Positions 35,597-48,500 of a stretch of 64,000 nt of DNA are shown piece by piece. The position numbers and the translations under genes were made by a program. Within the stretch, counting starts at the first letter, position 1; every line of letters starts with the position of its first letter. The notes beneath the pieces were generated by a model that saw only the letters and a program-made list of their open reading frames with translations, was not told the origin of the DNA and made no database searches. Location: assembly GCA_030704615.1 (NCBI GenBank), contig CM060733.1, positions 10,664,001 to 10,728,000 of the forward strand, given 5' to 3'. The stretch is from Takakia lepidozioides (taxonomy: Eukaryota; Plantae; Bryophyta).

Positions 35597-38500
35597 ATGG
35601 CGCTCTGCGGGAGAAGGGGCACGCTTAGCGTGGGGATTGCCGCGCCAGGGTTAGGGTGCAATGGCGACCTCAGCCTGCTCCGGAAGGCCGGGCCACAGCG
35701 ATGCAGCGTGCAATGCCGCAGCAGGCCGGAACAGGACGGCGCCACACGAGGGCGTGCTCAGCGGCAGGCACTACGACGCGATGCTTTGCTTCTCTATCAC
35801 TCGCGCTTGGACAAAGCCCTTTCTTCTGAGCTGGTACCTACTTGGTGCAATTTTTGTGGCATTGCATCGCTGTGATGTGTAATGGTAGAATATTTGTGAA
35901 CGTTAGAGATCCATCATCCAGCTTGGGATACACAAAACGGTTCACGTCAGAGGCTAATCGTAGTTTCTGTTATGTAATTGCAAGCTTGTTTGACATTTTC
36001 ACCCCCATATGCTTAATTGGTCACAGTCCGGTTGCCGAATCATGTAGAAATAAATTTGAAGTGGCTCTATCTGCAAACTCCATACCGGGCTGCCTGTGAG
36101 GTTCAGCCACATTCACAATTTCTTCAGGGGCTTAACGAAATAACAGTACTTAGTCTTCTCTTCACACTGCAGGGTATCCAGTATACCCACACACTCTGCC
36201 TAAACTACTTCGAACAGTCTTTGATAGATTCAAATTGGCGAAGACTTTGAATTAGAATCACCTCAAATTACGAAATGGGTTTCAGTGTTCCTCTTCAAGA
36301 CTGCAACAACAAAGTAACCATGTGACAGAACTGCCGGATTATTGTGAAATTCAGAATGCAGAATTGGAGGGAATGAAGGAAAGGCTGAGACAGTGGTCCA
36401 GACAACGGCTCCAAGACGAGGGGTTTGCGCTCTTTGATTTGTCAGTGCGTCTGGATGGACGCCTATATCGGTATACCTCCCAACTTTGAGCTGATGACTT
36501 TGCGTGTGAGGATATGATGAACTCCTTGGCAACTGTTAAGGAATGAGGTGCAGAGTGAAAGACATTCTACTGCACTTGAAATCCACCTAAAACCATAAGT
36601 TCGTTAAAGGGTTTAGGGGATTAGTTATAGGGTTTTAGTTTCTTGTTACTGCATGTAGTAGTCCAGAAGTTCAGTGAGACCTGAGATAAACATTAGCTGC
36701 ACAAAAGTTTTTGTAGAATACATTTACTTGCACCTTCATTCACAGATGAGAATATGCCACAGCTTTCCAACCTTTGGAAATGACCATTAGTATGTGCTCT
36801 TCAATTTTTGTCATTGCACTAAAAGTACCCTAATAGTTGAGACCTTGCTATGCAGTATAGAGGGCTGGGAGATCGCCTATCATCCCCTTAAATGATGTCG
36901 TAAGCTCTGGCACCTTCTGAGTTGAAAGGTCAAAACCACTTGGGATAAAATAACCGGAACGGGTGCCCATCCCTTACTCTGTGTATGGTGCAGGGACCAG
37001 GTGTTCCGGTTCTACGACAACCAGCAAAAAAGTGGTCTTCTACCATCACAACATCAGTTCAGTCAGGTCACATTCTTGAGCTGTTACCTTCACATTAGTT
37101 AGAGAAGAGCATAACTTACCTTGTATCCTTACAGTCGTACCTCTTTCCCAGTCTAGCATGGTTTAGGGTCACCAGATCTGGATGAAATCCAGATCTTTTA
37201 TCTCAACAACACTTGAACACAAAGGATGCACTGGACATGCTGAAGGCATGAAAGCTTTTGGATGGATAAAATTGGAGCTGCAAGGTGGAAATTGGAACCA
37301 ATAGGAGTTCCCTATCTGATCATCTATGGGAAGTGCTTGTGCACCTGAGCTTCAACATGAATCTAAGTTGAAATACAGGGTGATGTGCACTCTGTGGGTC
37401 TCCAATGCTTCAATGACAACTTCCCCTGTAGAGCATGTGCATGAGCGAATTTCAACTAGGAAGAGGATTGTGGGTGGCAGTCTGCATGATTTTATCTAAA
37501 TATCACTAAAACATCAGCTACATCCTCTGAGGTGGGTGGTCTCCAGAACATTATAAGAAGTAAGAAGGGCGCCATGGGAGGAATTGGGGCAGGGAGATAT
37601 GGTGGCTATCAGTCGAAAGAACCCACTTGACGACGAGGACACCATGATTGAGGGTGTTGTTATGGAACGAGCTCGCAGGTCCATCAGCTTTTTGAATGTG
37701 TTGGTCTTGCTACTGCCTGGTGTACATGATGGATGTCGCCATGAATTTTTTTTCCATCGTCCATCCATCTCTACTGCTCACCTCTAAATTTACCAACTGG
37801 AAAGTACTCACCATTTTAGAACTTTGCTGCATCTGTGCTTTGGAAAGAAAAACTTTAGACTGGTTCACAGAAAATTGCTTGGCTAAGGTCAGGTCTTTGA
37901 AATCCCTCCTATCTCTCCTGGAAACTTGCCTCCCTGTCACAGAGGAAATTGCTCCAAAGTGAGCAAGCTCAGTAACTGTCTGTAGGACTATATGTCATAC
38001 TACTTCGAGATCTTTGACCCATCTGTGGTCTAAAATAACTTGAGTCTTGGTTATGCGTAGGTCGCTATATTGACATATCTCTCTTCATTAAGTCCTACAA
38101 CACAGACAGTCCTTACAGCCCCACTTGGACTACGTGAGCATCCTATTTTCATCTTCTTGTTGATGTGCTGCCTGTTCAGGTTTCCCTTGTCTATTCACAA
38201 TACAGAACATCAGACTGGCTCAGTTTTTCTCCTGTGTTGTCTTTTTGTCCCCTCCTCTCTTCATCTGTGTTGTTTGATGTTTTCTCAGTATCCACTACTA
38301 TACCAAGCCCCCATGTTCTTCTCCCATCCTCTTCCCCTCTTTCTACCGCATCCTACATGAAGTCCACAGCCACAAGGGCTGCAGCAAGCCAAGTCTAATG
38401 TCTCCATCCTCTTTTTTCTGTCGTTGAGCATGGTACAAGACTATGACAAGCATGATATCTTCAGTATATTCCACATGTATACAATGAATTCTGTGCACAT

Positions 38501-41500
38501 TGCAGAGTAACATCAACTTGAAAGGGTCCCTGCAGATTTCTGCGAGTGGCAGTGCCAGCCAGCCAGTCAAAAAGCTTAAATGTGCTATCAAAATGGCGCC
38601 TAGACCTCACAGCCAACCGCATTGCATATGAACGGTGTAAGCTGGCCATCGATTGCTTTGCTTCCCCTCTTCTACGACAAGCATTCAAAGGGACTATTGA
38701 GCTTCCTATGTCCATTTGTCAATCTACATCCACAAAGAATGGTGCTACATCACAAACAGCTGTGACAATTGGGGAGGGAGTGATGGCCATCAGAGGTTTG
38801 ATCATGGGAATGGAAGAGCTGCGCACCAAAACTGCAAGTGTTTTGGAGGGAGAAACCAGAAAAGACGGCTCTGTTGTAGAAGGCTACAATAATTCCGAAG
38901 GGCTGAGTGTAGCTAATAGCCCTCCATCTCGATTAAGTGGGAAGCAATTTGGGGCACACAAGGGCACTGTAAGGGCTTTGTTGCAAGCAATGCAGATGGA
39001 CCTGAACACGAGCCAGAAAGCGGCTGTTGAGGCAGCCATGTGCCAGAGGGCGACTCTCTGGCAAGGCCCGCCTGGCACTGGGAAGACGCGAACTTTGGTG
39101 CAGCTCATCACCTCCTTTTGTCGCAGTGGCCAAGGCCAGGTCCTTGCCTGTGCTGATAGGTATACCTTTCCATCATCTTATCATTCTCAGCCACGTTGCC
39201 TGGCTGTGTTCTCTGCTTTCCTGTGGTCGTAGACTTGGCTCATTGGCACCCATTTTGATTTCCTTTGGCGACTCTCTCTTTGTTTGTGTGCAATAATGTC
39301 AACATATCGTTTGATGTTTCGTTTGTTTGATGGAGGGTGACGTCTTATCCTTATCTTTCTTCAAAATAGCAGTCCTGCATGCTTGCCTTATGTATCTATT
39401 TCTTTCTGCACTCAATGTGACAAGTTCTTGGTGTGTTATTGGGCCTGTGTGGCTTGCCAATGTTTGTGGTTGTCCACTGTGGTTTTGAACAAGCACATTA
39501 CATTCTCTTTTATCTTGCTCTTTCCTCTGTACTTGCCTGCTTGTTTCACTGAAACCTTTCAGGGATGTTGGGATTATTTGTCTGCAGCAATGTTGCAGTC
39601 GATAATCTGGTGGAAGGCTTGCTGAATCAAGGTTTACGTGTGGTACGAGTGGGCCAGCCTGTTAAGGTCTCCAATTCTTCCATTTATCTCGGTTGATTTT
39701 CTGACAATATTGACCAGATGTAATAAACGTTTTGGATGAAGAGTTCCAGCTTCTTCGATTAATCATGTATCATTGATGAAATTGGGAAACTTCTCCAAAA
39801 AGAACTATCTGTATTTTCAGCAAAGAACCTTGAACTTGGTCTGGAAAGAGGAGGCGCTGGACTTGTATACCATTCTTGATCATTTTGTAAGCTGATTGTG
39901 GGGTTAGCTTCAGCCACTTTCTGCAACTAATGCTACAGTATTGGATCTAAGTAGAGTCCGTGAAGCCTCTGGTCATGTCAGCCTCAGCCCGGCTTTGCAA
40001 CTCCTGCCAGCAGCTGATTGTTTTCTCGCACATTCGAAACTGCTGGTTTGTTGGATTGACAATCCTGTTTCAAAACATGGACTGGCTAAGCAGGCAGATT
40101 CTTCTGATTCTGGTGACTGTCTTACTGTGAGTTGGAACATACAATGGTTGGCATGTCTGTGCAAACTTTGCACCCTAAAACATGTTTGATTTGACTGAGT
40201 ATCCAGAAGGGTCATACTGACTGACTACTGGCACTTTGCCACTGCTTTTGACATTTGTTTCATCATGAAGCAAGTTCTGTTGATACCCACATATCGTGAT
40301 GAGTCTCTCCTATGCAATGGTGGTGTGCTTCTGAGAAATGGAAACTATTTCAATGGTGAAGTACTGATGTGGGCCCCATGTACTTCTGTTTGAAGGTGAA
40401 AGAGGAACTTCGAGAGGCCACAATTGATGCTCAAGTTGCAGCCCACCCACTGATGGAAAAAGCATTCCAATCCAGGGAAGCTGCTATCGTTCAGAGGCAA
40501 GAGACTAGGCAAATCAACAACAGCAAAAAACGTATCAGCAGTGCCAAACAGGCGACCTCTAAGTGGGAGGAAGCCATGGACCTGGAAGCCAAGGCTATCA
40601 AAGCTGTTCTGGACAGGTTTGCTCAGTCGCGCACTTCCTGCTGATGCAGATTAGAGGCTTCCACAGCTGGACAGTCCCTTTGATGGGAATTCAATCTTCA
40701 TTGGAATGTATGTTGGACGATAGACTCATACTGCATCTTTTACTGGGTCTACCAGGCAGCAGCAGCAGCAGATTTTAGAATCTTCACCCCAACCAAGCTC
40801 AGACCTCTGCCCCATAGCTTGCTGCCATATGGCCATGCCTGGTGAGGGGTTCTCCTCATTACCAAGACTATCACATTATCCACTCACTATGCTTCACTTA
40901 ACACAATTCCCTGACCTATCTGAAGCCTTTAATCAGTGACTGTTCATATAGGGCGGAGGTGGTGGCTGCTACATGTGTGGGGGCTGGGGACGCTGTTCTT
41001 GATGATCGACGCTTCCCTCTATGTGTAATTGATGAAGCTACGCAGGTCCGTTTTTGTTCACAGCCTAGCACCACCTGCATTGCCTAGGCAGCAGTGAACA
41101 CTAAAGTATCTAGTCCCCCTGAGCGTCTCAATCTGCACATAATTTGACATGGATAGCCTTGCAGTATTATACATAGAGGCTTACAACTTGTTTGTGGGGA
41201 GGTGGATCATGCCACACAAGCCACGGGACTTCTGCACTGAATATTCATCACCAATGTTACATGAGCAACAGATTCAAATACTCGTTTGCATGTCTTTTAT
41301 AGCAAATTGAAACTGGAGGTCACAGTGGGATAAGTAGATTCCTCTGCACTGCTTAAGCTGGTATACAATGCTTGAATGGTAGCTTGTGTAGGCTACAGAG
41401 CCAGCATGCCTGGTACCAATCTTGAGAAGTGGTGCTGACAGCTTGGTATTAGTGGGAGATCCTGCTCAACTGCCTCCCACAGTTGTTTCCAAAGAAGCTA

Positions 41501-44500
41501 TGGAGGTGCCTTTTCTTCTTACTCTGAGATTGTAGGCAATGTTTGCATTAGCTCATGTCAAATATGCAACCCTCCTTGAATTTAGGATGTATATGCTACC
41601 CATGGTTCTAACCATACCAGTTGGAAAACATGTGCAAACAAAAGAAGTGTTTGTCAACAGCTTGCTTCTAGCTCTGCACCCTAACGTTGATGTTGAGGGT
41701 TGGGGTAGGTCAGATGGGCTTGGCTGTAAGTCTGTTCGAGCATCTGCAGCAGTGTGGTGTCAAGCCGTACCTGCTTAACACCCAGTACAGGTGTTGATCC
41801 TCCTCCTCATCTCCTAGGAACTTCAAAACATTATCCTACTAAGAAGGTGACATCTAGTATCTCGTAGTCAAAATTTTGTTAACAACCTGCACCAAGCCTT
41901 TTTTACTAGCCCATCAAGTTAGTCTGAAGCAGGTAGGTGGTTAGAGCCAGCTGCTTCATGGCATGGGATTGCTTGCCCCAATCCGTTAAACGTTATGTAC
42001 AGATCTTCAGTGAGTCACACACAACCTATCCTTCAGCCCATAATTTTCTTCAACTACTCAAGGGGAATGTTTTCCTATAATTATGCAGCAAACTTTGTTA
42101 TACAGACGAGCAGCTCAAGTACAAAAATGTGTTGTTTAACCAGAAAACTGCACAATCAGCTTGGCTCAGGATACCGAGCGCCCATTTATGTACGATTTTC
42201 ATCAGTTGCCCCACCCTACTGAACCTCAGTGACTCTGTCTCTATTCTACACCTTTGAGAGGATGTGGAAGGTACAACAGCCATGAGCAGAGCATGTTGAA
42301 AGTTTGTAAAACGTGGTGAAAAGACCTCTTCCATTCATCAAGCATTATTGTCCTCAAGGCCAACTGCAGAGTACTACCTAGTCGCAAGCATCATCGCACC
42401 TGCATAAAGGCAGGCTCACACTTTGTCATCTTCTAATGTGAGTTTCTCAAGATCTCAACATTGTCAAGGTCAAAATCTTGATATTGCAGGTATGCTCCAG
42501 ACTAGACACTTATGTTTCAGTTGTACAAAGACGAACTGGTAAGCCAAAAGACTGGAAGACTGAATGTTTTATGGTATGCTTGATTCCTGGCCGTTCTGTT
42601 GATCGCAGGATGCACCCAGCATTGGCAGCATGGCCATCACTCACATTTTATGGTGGTCTCCTTTTGTCTCATCCTTTGCCCTCTGACAGGCCTGCACCAA
42701 AAGGGTTTGTACTTTTCAACGACGACCACTTGAGTTCTAGAGTTTTAGTTACTGCTGGAGCATAGTGCTTAGGAGCAATCAACAGCCATTACAATCTCGT
42801 TTGTAAAACTTATGGTAATATTTTCCTTTGAGAAGAAAGAAATCGGACTCTGTAAGAAAGCAGATAAATCCATCTCAGGCTGCAATGAAAACTGGGTGTA
42901 CTGCTCAGGATGTTGTCTCGTATGCAAATGCACTGTTCTGATGTTTGCAAGCAGCTCACAGGTTTGTGATGTTAATGTGAAGACAATTTGGTTTATCAGG
43001 CTACATTGGCCCAACATGGAGAAGCCACTTGTCTTCGTAAACTGTGCTGGTGGCAAGGAGGAGACTACTGCAGAGGGCAACTCTTGGCTGAATCTTAAGG
43101 AAGCCTTACAGGTTTGATGTCTTCACTTGAAAAATGACCATACCTTAAGGCCTCTCCTAATGTAGCACTACTATGGTATCACATGTGGCCTGTTTAGGTG
43201 ATGTCTGCTCTTGAATCAGATTGTCTGATGCATGAAGTCCTGTATTTCACTTCTCAAGTTGTTAGCCTTTTATGCATGTTGTAGTGCACTACCAAGGTGG
43301 AGTTAGGTGGTCACTTTGCAGTACATCAGCAGTGTTGAGAGGTTTTTAGCAGAAGTGATGGGGCTGGAGGCTGTAGGTGGTGAAGGTTGCCCAAGTGCTG
43401 CTTGCCGAGGATGATATTTCTGGTGACATTGGTGTAATTGCTCCCTATGCTGCTCAGGTAGACACCACCTTGAAATTTATTTCTGATTTCTACATGTTGC
43501 AAAGGTATGTTTTGTTATAGTGTGCATTTAGGTTGTGAACTGGATGGGCTTCAATGGAGTCTTTCCAGGGAAGGGGCTGGAGAAGGGACCCCAGCATGCC
43601 AAGATAACGTCTGTTGGCCTTGCATTTCAGGTCAGATTACTGCGAGACCTTTTCCAAGCATCTGCAGGTCAGGATAAGGACAAGCTTGCAGCTTTGGAAG
43701 TGGCAACTGTGGACGGGTTTCAAGGGCGAGAAAAAGAGGTATACGTCACTGTTTTTTATTACAGCTCTCTCTCTCCCCCGTTCCACCAAGGCTACAGAAA
43801 ACAATATCTCATGAGTACATTTTTCCCTTCGCCCAAACTGGGCACGGGGTCTATGGCCACAAGGCTACAGCTAACAACGTTCCAGGAGTTCATCTCTCTC
43901 TCTCACTTTAGGCTGGAAGAACTGACCCTGCTAGATGAAGCTGACTTGTAGGCTGAGGCCATGTAGGAAGCATAATGTCTGATCAAAACAGAGTTCAGCA
44001 TTAAACTTCCCTGAACTTGTTAATGGGTGAGGACCTTAAGGATGACTTGAGGGGCCTACCTACCCTTGGCACTAGACTGAAAACTCACAACGGGGAGTCT
44101 TTGCCAAACAATGTCTTATGAGTACATTCCTCTCTCTCTTTCCTCTTAAGGGTTTATACCACAGTAAGTCCTACTACTGCAGTGAACCCCTTACAAAGGT
44201 AGGGTCTGTTCCCTCTGGTTTCGCTCAAACTGGGCATGGGGTCTATGGCCACAAGGCAACAGCAAACGTTCTATGAGTGCATCCTGCAGGGTACATGACC
44301 TCTTCAGCGCCAAGGCTGTCATTTGAGAAAAGCGGTCTAACTCATGTTGCCATCTAAGGTGAATCATTGTCTGTTGGGTTGCATGCAGGTAATCATATTC
44401 AGCACAGTTCGTTCCAATACATATGGGCGGCTGGGATTTGTGGTAGATCCCCGACGCATGAATGTAGCTCTCACAAGGGGAAAGCGGGGTTTGGTGGTTG

Positions 44501-44601
44501 TGGGCAGTGCCACAACACTGCAATCAGACAATCATTGGGCCTTGTGGCTGCAACACATTAGGAATGAGCAACTTTGGTATGATGAAGATGTTTTACATTA
44601 G
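35597..44601 (+). CDS. Upf1-like superfamily-1 helicase (IGHMBP2/Hcs1/Upf1 family) lacking the Upf1 CH domain, 15 exons
   Basis: Exons 35597-35833, 36355-36470, 36994-37066, 37593-37678, 38536-39159, 39588-39666, 40396-40616, 40952-41045, 41392-41505, 41714-41790, 42609-42704, 43000-43111, 43377-43457, 43631-43738, 44389-44601. Motifs [72 protein letters not shown]. Confidence 0.92.
43785..44285 (+). mobile_element. Cluster of at least four 5'-truncated LINE 3' ends in helicase intron 14
   Basis: Repeated 3' terminus (GGGGTCTATGGCCACAAGGCTAC)...AACAA(C/T)(G/A)T..(T/C)ATGAGTACAT ending near 43820, 43883, 44127 and 44282. Internal piece 43900-44085 matches the LINE copies at about 46650 and 50200. 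Confidence 0.8.
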
Positions 44602-45598
44602 CTAGGTAGCCACTGTCTGGGTGCCTGCCTGGTGTGCAATTTACACCATTGCACCCTTATCATGCCATTACATTTGATAATGACTACTATGGCAAAGATT
44701 AAGACATGCACATGGTATGTTTAGAACACAATGCAAACACCCTCTATTAGACAGAGCAAATTCTGTGAGCTAATTTCTTCCTGCAGACTCAGGCACAGGA
44801 CATTTGAGTAAAGAACTTGGTCTATCATAGTGCAGCAGTAAGGCAAAAGTCTTCCTCAATCAACAGCAAACATTAAGCCCACGCATATTTAGCTTCACAT
44901 TTGCATCAAAGGAAGGACTTGAAGATTATATATTGGTGTATGAAAACAATTTGTCCGTACTTAACAGGATAAATCCCTTGTGGAAACCCTGGCGAAATGC
45001 TTTGATGTTGATATATGTTTAATCCACTTAAGAGGATCCTGCAGACTGAATACACAAGAATCTTATTAGGTCCTAACCACCACCAAATCCAAATGCAAGT
45101 GAAGAAGACCTTACCTTTAAACAGCTTATAGACAAAGCCCCATCTAGCGTATTATATGAACAGCCGCTGCTTTTTGTTCACCTTCAATGAGAACAGCGCA
45201 GGAATGTGAAAATTGAAGTATCTAGTGTAAAAGTGGCTGTGAAGCAAGTAGTTAACCAGATCCACCACCCCTGGACAGAAGAGTTAAGAACTTGGAAGCT
45301 TTTCAAGGTAGCATTAGCAACCTGTAACCACTTGACAGTGACACTTCCAGTACTACAGAACCTTCGATAGGCCTGGGGTGATACTGGAGCTGACCCACTC
45401 TGATGTAGACACACTGAGTGGCCTACATATACAGGCCCCACAGGTATCATGTATCCTTGATCCACATCACATCCCTTCAACACTCAAGGCAAGAAAAGCT
45501 GTGGCTCTGCTTCAACACCGACCAGAAGCAGAGAAAAGCCAGGACCTTTCTACGCTTAAGACTTTCATGGATTTGAAGAAATGCCAAGAGTGTATTCT

Positions 45599-48500
45599 TT
45601 AAAGTGCAAATGACTCAAACTCTGGTCGTCTAAGGCACGGTGAAGAACCAACCTGAGTAGAGCTTGGGTTCTCAGCATGAAACATAGCAGAGGTTTTTGG
45701 ACTCACATGACTCGCATGAGCCTTCTTGGAAGTGGAGCTTTGGGCCTTCACATGAGAACCACCATCTTGCCGCAAACTGTTATTCCTTCGAAATTCAACT
45801 TTTGCTCCCTGCTCTCACCAGTTACAGTTGCAGTCAAGTTGAACTCAAGATCTCAGTTCGAAAGCAAAACTGGGGCCTGCCTTGCATGATGTAAACCTTG
45901 TCTGCTACTCCGATTAAAAACTCCGCAATAGTTTTACTGTGTTTCCATTCATTGGGAGTTAATTGTAGCTGGTAGAATAGTTTAAAAAATTGGTGGAACA
46001 ACATGATCCTTTTGCACATGGAGCAAACCATGAATGTGTCCGATCCACACAAGTAGGAGTCAGCCAGCACCAGCAAACCAACCTGGAAAATAGTGCCCAG
46101 CTTCTTCAATGCTTTTGCACGTTGCCTCAGCACCTCCTTCTTGACATTAGGTTCACGCAGTACCTGCCACCACCTTACCTACATAAGCTACATGCAAGAA
46201 CCAGGAGGCAACTTCTCATCGACTACATGTCCTAACAAACAGCTCCACAACGATGCTATGGGATCTTCTGCCAGGCGGTACGATAATGAGATAAACTGAG
46301 GGTATTTCCAAAGATCAACTGAACAGAATTGGAAAATGAGATCATAATGACCCACATAAGTCAAAGAGTGTACTCATAAGACATTGTTTGCCACCACACA
46401 AGTCAAAGAATGTACTCATGAGATGTTGTTTTCAGTAGCCTTGTGGCCATAGACCCTGCGCCCAGTTTGGGCAAAACAAAAGGGAACGGCCACTACCTTT
46501 GTGGGGGCTCCCTCCAGCAGTGGGACTCCCCTTGGTATAAATAATCGGTTCGGGCTTTCCAGATTTCCTCTAGAAAGCCCTTCACAAGCATCAATTGACA
46601 TTCTTTGTGCTTCTGCCATGGCGTTAGACAGTTCAGCCTCCAAGTCAGCTTCATCCGGCAGGGTCAGTTCTTCCTGCCTAATATTCAGGTACTTGAAAAT
46701 CTCCTCTACCTTGTTCCACCAGGACTTAACCTGTTTAACAGGACGGTCTCGCTTCCTAGGAATAGCGCGATCATCCGAGGGTATCTTGTATAAGGCATGC
46801 GAATCAACTGACCCCACCATCTGACCTTGAACTCATCACTTCCAGAGCTTAAGGGTCGTACGCAAATCTCAACCCAAACAGCCACCTTAGCTGTTCTAGA
46901 GCACGCTGACATGCTCTATTTGAGCACCGAAAGCTGAATGGAATCTAAAGTTTTAGCATGGTTGGAGTTGCCAATCCATACGGCAGACACATACTAGGCC
47001 TAGTACATTGCCAAGAATGGTCCATTTTACTTCAGTATTAATTCCTGGAAAAATTGAGTGAGACCTAAAGCTTTGCATTCAGCTTGACCCACTTTTTGTG
47101 TATGCGCATCCGAGGTACAACTGAGAAAAACTCAAAACCAAGATATGTGTAGGAATGGAGCACAGGGATCTCTTCACTACCCACCGACCATTTGAGATCC
47201 CCTCCTCCCTCCCCACAATCACTGAAGGCCACCACCCCACATTTACTAACATTGACTTCTGGCCTCCACAGGTCAAAAGTACAATCAATCAACTCCGGGA
47301 GATTGATGGGGTATAACCTAGGCCCACGAAGACATCTGCCAACATAAGTCAAGAGAAAGATAGAACAAGTTAAGTGCTTAATCTCAGTGTGTCATCATGC
47401 ATCCACCATACCGATTGGCAAACATGGGAGAGAGTACTCTCAATGTCAGCCACATTGAGCTTCCACAAAGAATCAAGCATCACTTGCTGCTTGGTCTCTA
47501 AGTACGTTTCCAGGGCCTTTTCATCCATCTCCCCACTTGCCTGCATCTGCCTCTTCATATCTTCTTGCATCTGCATCAACTGTATTGCACCTGGCCCCCA
47601 CCTCACCCCAGCATTCGGTGAATCAAGGAAGATAACTCTAGCATGTCCTGTGAATGTAGATAAACAGTTTTGACAGTTCCAACTAACACCGTGGCCATGT
47701 TCTATGCGTACACCCTATAGGTGGCACAACAGCAAACCTTGGCTACTCACCTGCCTCCCATTACCAACAGAATGAGATATGGTTCCATAGCAGAGTTAAC
47801 TTAACTTGTCCACCAGCACTTGCCAGTTTTCACCAATCTTAGTGAGGCCCACACCCACTTGCAACGAAAGTGTGTTGCAATGAGGACTGTGCCAAGGCAC
47901 TCTCTAAACAAAATCCAGTTAAATGGCTTACAAGCTTCCCCAAAAAAAGGACAACAATATGTAGACAAGGACTTCTATAACGAACAAATACACCAGTCAT
48001 AGGAATGCTACCAGCAGCAGCTGTGACTTGAGACTTAATAAAATGGCCTTTGTCGCGCACCCATTCAGTCAGGAAAGGCACCCCCAGAAAGAACACACTT
48101 TTGCCAAGCTCCTTGGCAGCCTGCCTTGAGTAGATATACCCGATTGTGTGCAGCATTGCCTCCCCAAACGCTGCCCATCCACATCAGCCCATACTTTAGG
48201 AATGTCCTTGCAACATAACATGCATAACATAACATAACATCCTCAACTCATACAGCTTTAGAAACCATGCCACCCTCTCGCAAACTTCTCTCCAAAGACA
48301 ACTTGAAGCAGTATTGACTAAGACTTCTTACGGATCAAACAAACCAAACACAGATCATACAACAGCAAGCAAGTAGGAAAGTCCAATTTTGAACCTGCAC
48401 TCAAATTTTTGGTCAGTCTCTTGGGATTAGAACTCCTACCAGCCTCTGCAAGGTTTCGAGCCTCAGAAGTGCCCCACTTAGTGAACCCCAGCTTGTCCCC

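Noticed and set aside
36605-36640. Interstitial telomere repeat
   Set aside because: Only one exact TTTAGGG plus degenerate neighbours. Too short to call.
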